From positions 4,983,156 to 5,047,155 of the forward strand of contig NC_057753.1 in NCBI RefSeq assembly GCF_004010195.1: a stretch of 64,000 bases of DNA. The letters run 5' to 3'. Made by a program: the position numbers and the translations under genes. The notes under the pieces were generated by a model. The model had not been told where the DNA came from, searched no databases, and saw only the letters and a program-made list of their open reading frames with translations. Positions 62,374 to 64,000 of the stretch are shown here, in pieces (within the stretch, counting starts at the first letter, position 1; each line of letters opens with the position of its first letter). Source of the stretch: Chiloscyllium plagiosum (Eukaryota).

Positions 62374-63411
62374 TTACTTGTGAACTCCCTGGTGCCTCAG
62401 TAGGTGGGATGATCGAGTGAAACCTTTCCCACACTCAGAGCACGTGAATGGCCTCTCTCCACTGTGAACCCGCTTGTGTGTCAGCAGGTGGGATGACTGA
62501 GCGAATCCTTTCCCACACTCAGAGCAAGTGAACGGTCTCTCCCCAGTGTGAACTCGCTGGTGTACAGTGAGGTGAGATGATCGCCTGAAGCCAGTCCCGC
62601 AATGAGAGCATCTGAATGGTCGCTCGTTGGTGTGAATACGTTGATGGGACATTAGTTCCCCAGTACTTTTAAAGCACATTCCACAGTCAGGACATTTAAA
62701 AGGTCTCTCGTCAGTGTGAACCCGCTGGTGTGTCAGCAGACTGGATGACTGAATGAATCCTTTCCCACACACGCAGCAGGTGAAGGGCCACTTCCCAGTG
62801 TGACTGTGCTGATGCTCCTGCAGTTGAAATAAGCGCGTGAATCCCTTCCCACACTCAGAGCATGCAAATGGTCTCTCCCCAGTATGAACTCGCTGGTGTA
62901 TGAGGAAGTCAGATGATGTCCTGAATCCAGCTCCACAATCAGTGCACCTAAATGGTCTCTCATCGGTGTGAACACGTTGATGGCGCATCAATTCCCCAGA
63001 ACTTTTATAGCGCTTCCCACAGTCTGTGCATTTAAAAGGTCTCTCATCAGTGTGAACCTGCTGGTGTCTCAGCAGGTTAGATAACTGAGTGAATCCCTTC
63101 CCACACACTGAGCAGGTGAATGGTCGCTCCCCGGTGTGAACCTGTTGGTGTGTCAACAGGGTGGATGATCGAGTGAACCCTTTCCCACAATCAGAGCAAG
63201 TGAACTGTTTCTCTCCAGTGTGACTGCGCTGATGGGTTTCCAACTCAGAAGGGGATCTATATCCCTTCCCACAGTCCCCACATTTCCACGGTTTCTCCCC
63301 ACTGTGACTGCAGTTGTGTCCCAACCAGTCATCTGACTGGCTGAATCCTCGTCCGCACACAGAACACGTGTACGGTTTTTCCTCACTGTCAATGGTGCTT
63401 TTCTCTTCCAT
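62374..63411 (-). CDS. Tandem C2H2 zinc-finger protein E (345 aa, 12 fingers)
   Basis: Intact ORF with ATG (MEEK) at 63411; acceptor ..atttcacag|g at 63521; in-frame TGA at 63460-63462; AATAAA at 62244-62249(-). Confidence 0.92.
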   Translation of the reverse strand: MEEKSTIDSEEKPYTCSVCGRGFSQSDDWLGHNCSHSGEKPWKCGDCGKGYRSPSELETHQRSHTGEKQFTCSDCGKGFTRSSTLLTHQQVHTGERPFTCSVCGKGFTQLSNLLRHQQVHTDERPFKCTDCGKRYKSSGELMRHQRVHTDERPFRCTDCGAGFRTSSDFLIHQRVHTGERPFACSECGKGFTRLFQLQEHQHSHTGKWPFTCCVCGKGFIQSSSLLTHQRVHTDERPFKCPDCGMCFKSTGELMSHQRIHTNERPFRCSHCGTGFRRSSHLTVHQRVHTGERPFTCSECGKGFAQSSHLLTHKRVHSGERPFTCSECGKGFTRSSHLLRHQGVHK

Positions 63412-64000
63412 GTTCAAAATGTGAAGTTGTTCTGGTTACAATTTAACTGGACGACTCTATCAGAACCTGGCATGATTTTTGGTGTTTGTTTCCTGACTGA
63501 AAATCCTCCTGTTCTCATATCCTGTGAAATTGATTGGAAGTGGAAGAAAGGGAGTGAGAGAGAACCCGCAGAAACACAAAGGCAAGTTGTGAAATGGAAC
63601 TGAATGGATCGAGTAATTTGGGGCACGAGGCAAAAGTGACCATGAACACTTCTCGGTAGTCATAAAAAACTCGTTTGTTTCACTGATATCATTCAAAGAT
63701 TGGGACACTTGCTCTTGGCCGACACAAGACTCTGGTCTTGTGGGCGGAGACTGAGAGGGAGGGAGGAGAAATGGATTTTATGCATTTACAACTTGATCAG
63801 AACCTCCGAAACTCCAATACCTGAAGTACTAGGGTAGCAAGTGTAAATGAACACCATCACCTCCTAGTCACGCACCATCCAGTCTTGTCTGACATCCAGT
63901 GCCAGATGAGTAGAAATTTCCTCCATTTAAGTCTTGGGAAGATTGAAGTCATCGTCTTCAGTCCTTTCTACAGACTCCATTCCTTCACTAGTAATGCCAT

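Noticed and set aside
14827-63417. Assigning mammalian ZNF gene symbols or a KRAB domain
   Set aside because: Lineage-specific arrays with no recognisable orthology, and no KRAB-like peptide seen in any frame I examined.

Overview
Vertebrate genomic DNA, very likely a shark (inferred from HE1-type V-SINEs and HER1/CR1-type LINEs; species not determinable). It is a transposon-saturated cluster of tandem C2H2 zinc-finger genes. There are five intact single-coding-exon ZNF ORFs (9-23 canonical fingers), at least two decayed ZNF relics, and five CpG-island promoters with NRF1/YY1-like motifs, three of them clearly paralogous. All five ZNF coding exons have an in-frame stop between the splice acceptor and the ATG, so they look finger-only, with no KRAB/SCAN/BTB exon. 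The intervening DNA holds CR1, L2/RTE-X-like, Rex1 and Tx1 LINE pieces, SINEs, one 623-bp solo LTR and many Penelope-like element (PLE) fragments. The most striking non-coding signal is about 20 minimal hammerhead-ribozyme motifs from several PLE families. They include a 93-bp ribozyme-only insertion with a 12-bp target-site duplication (TSD) and four fold-back elements carrying inverted ribozyme pairs. Several unusual micro-rearrangements are also visible: a 90-bp duplication around a LINE-tail-only insert, a 40-bp templated patch and a 264-bp palindrome. One assembly gap spans 40905-41407. All calls are by eye, with no database searches run.
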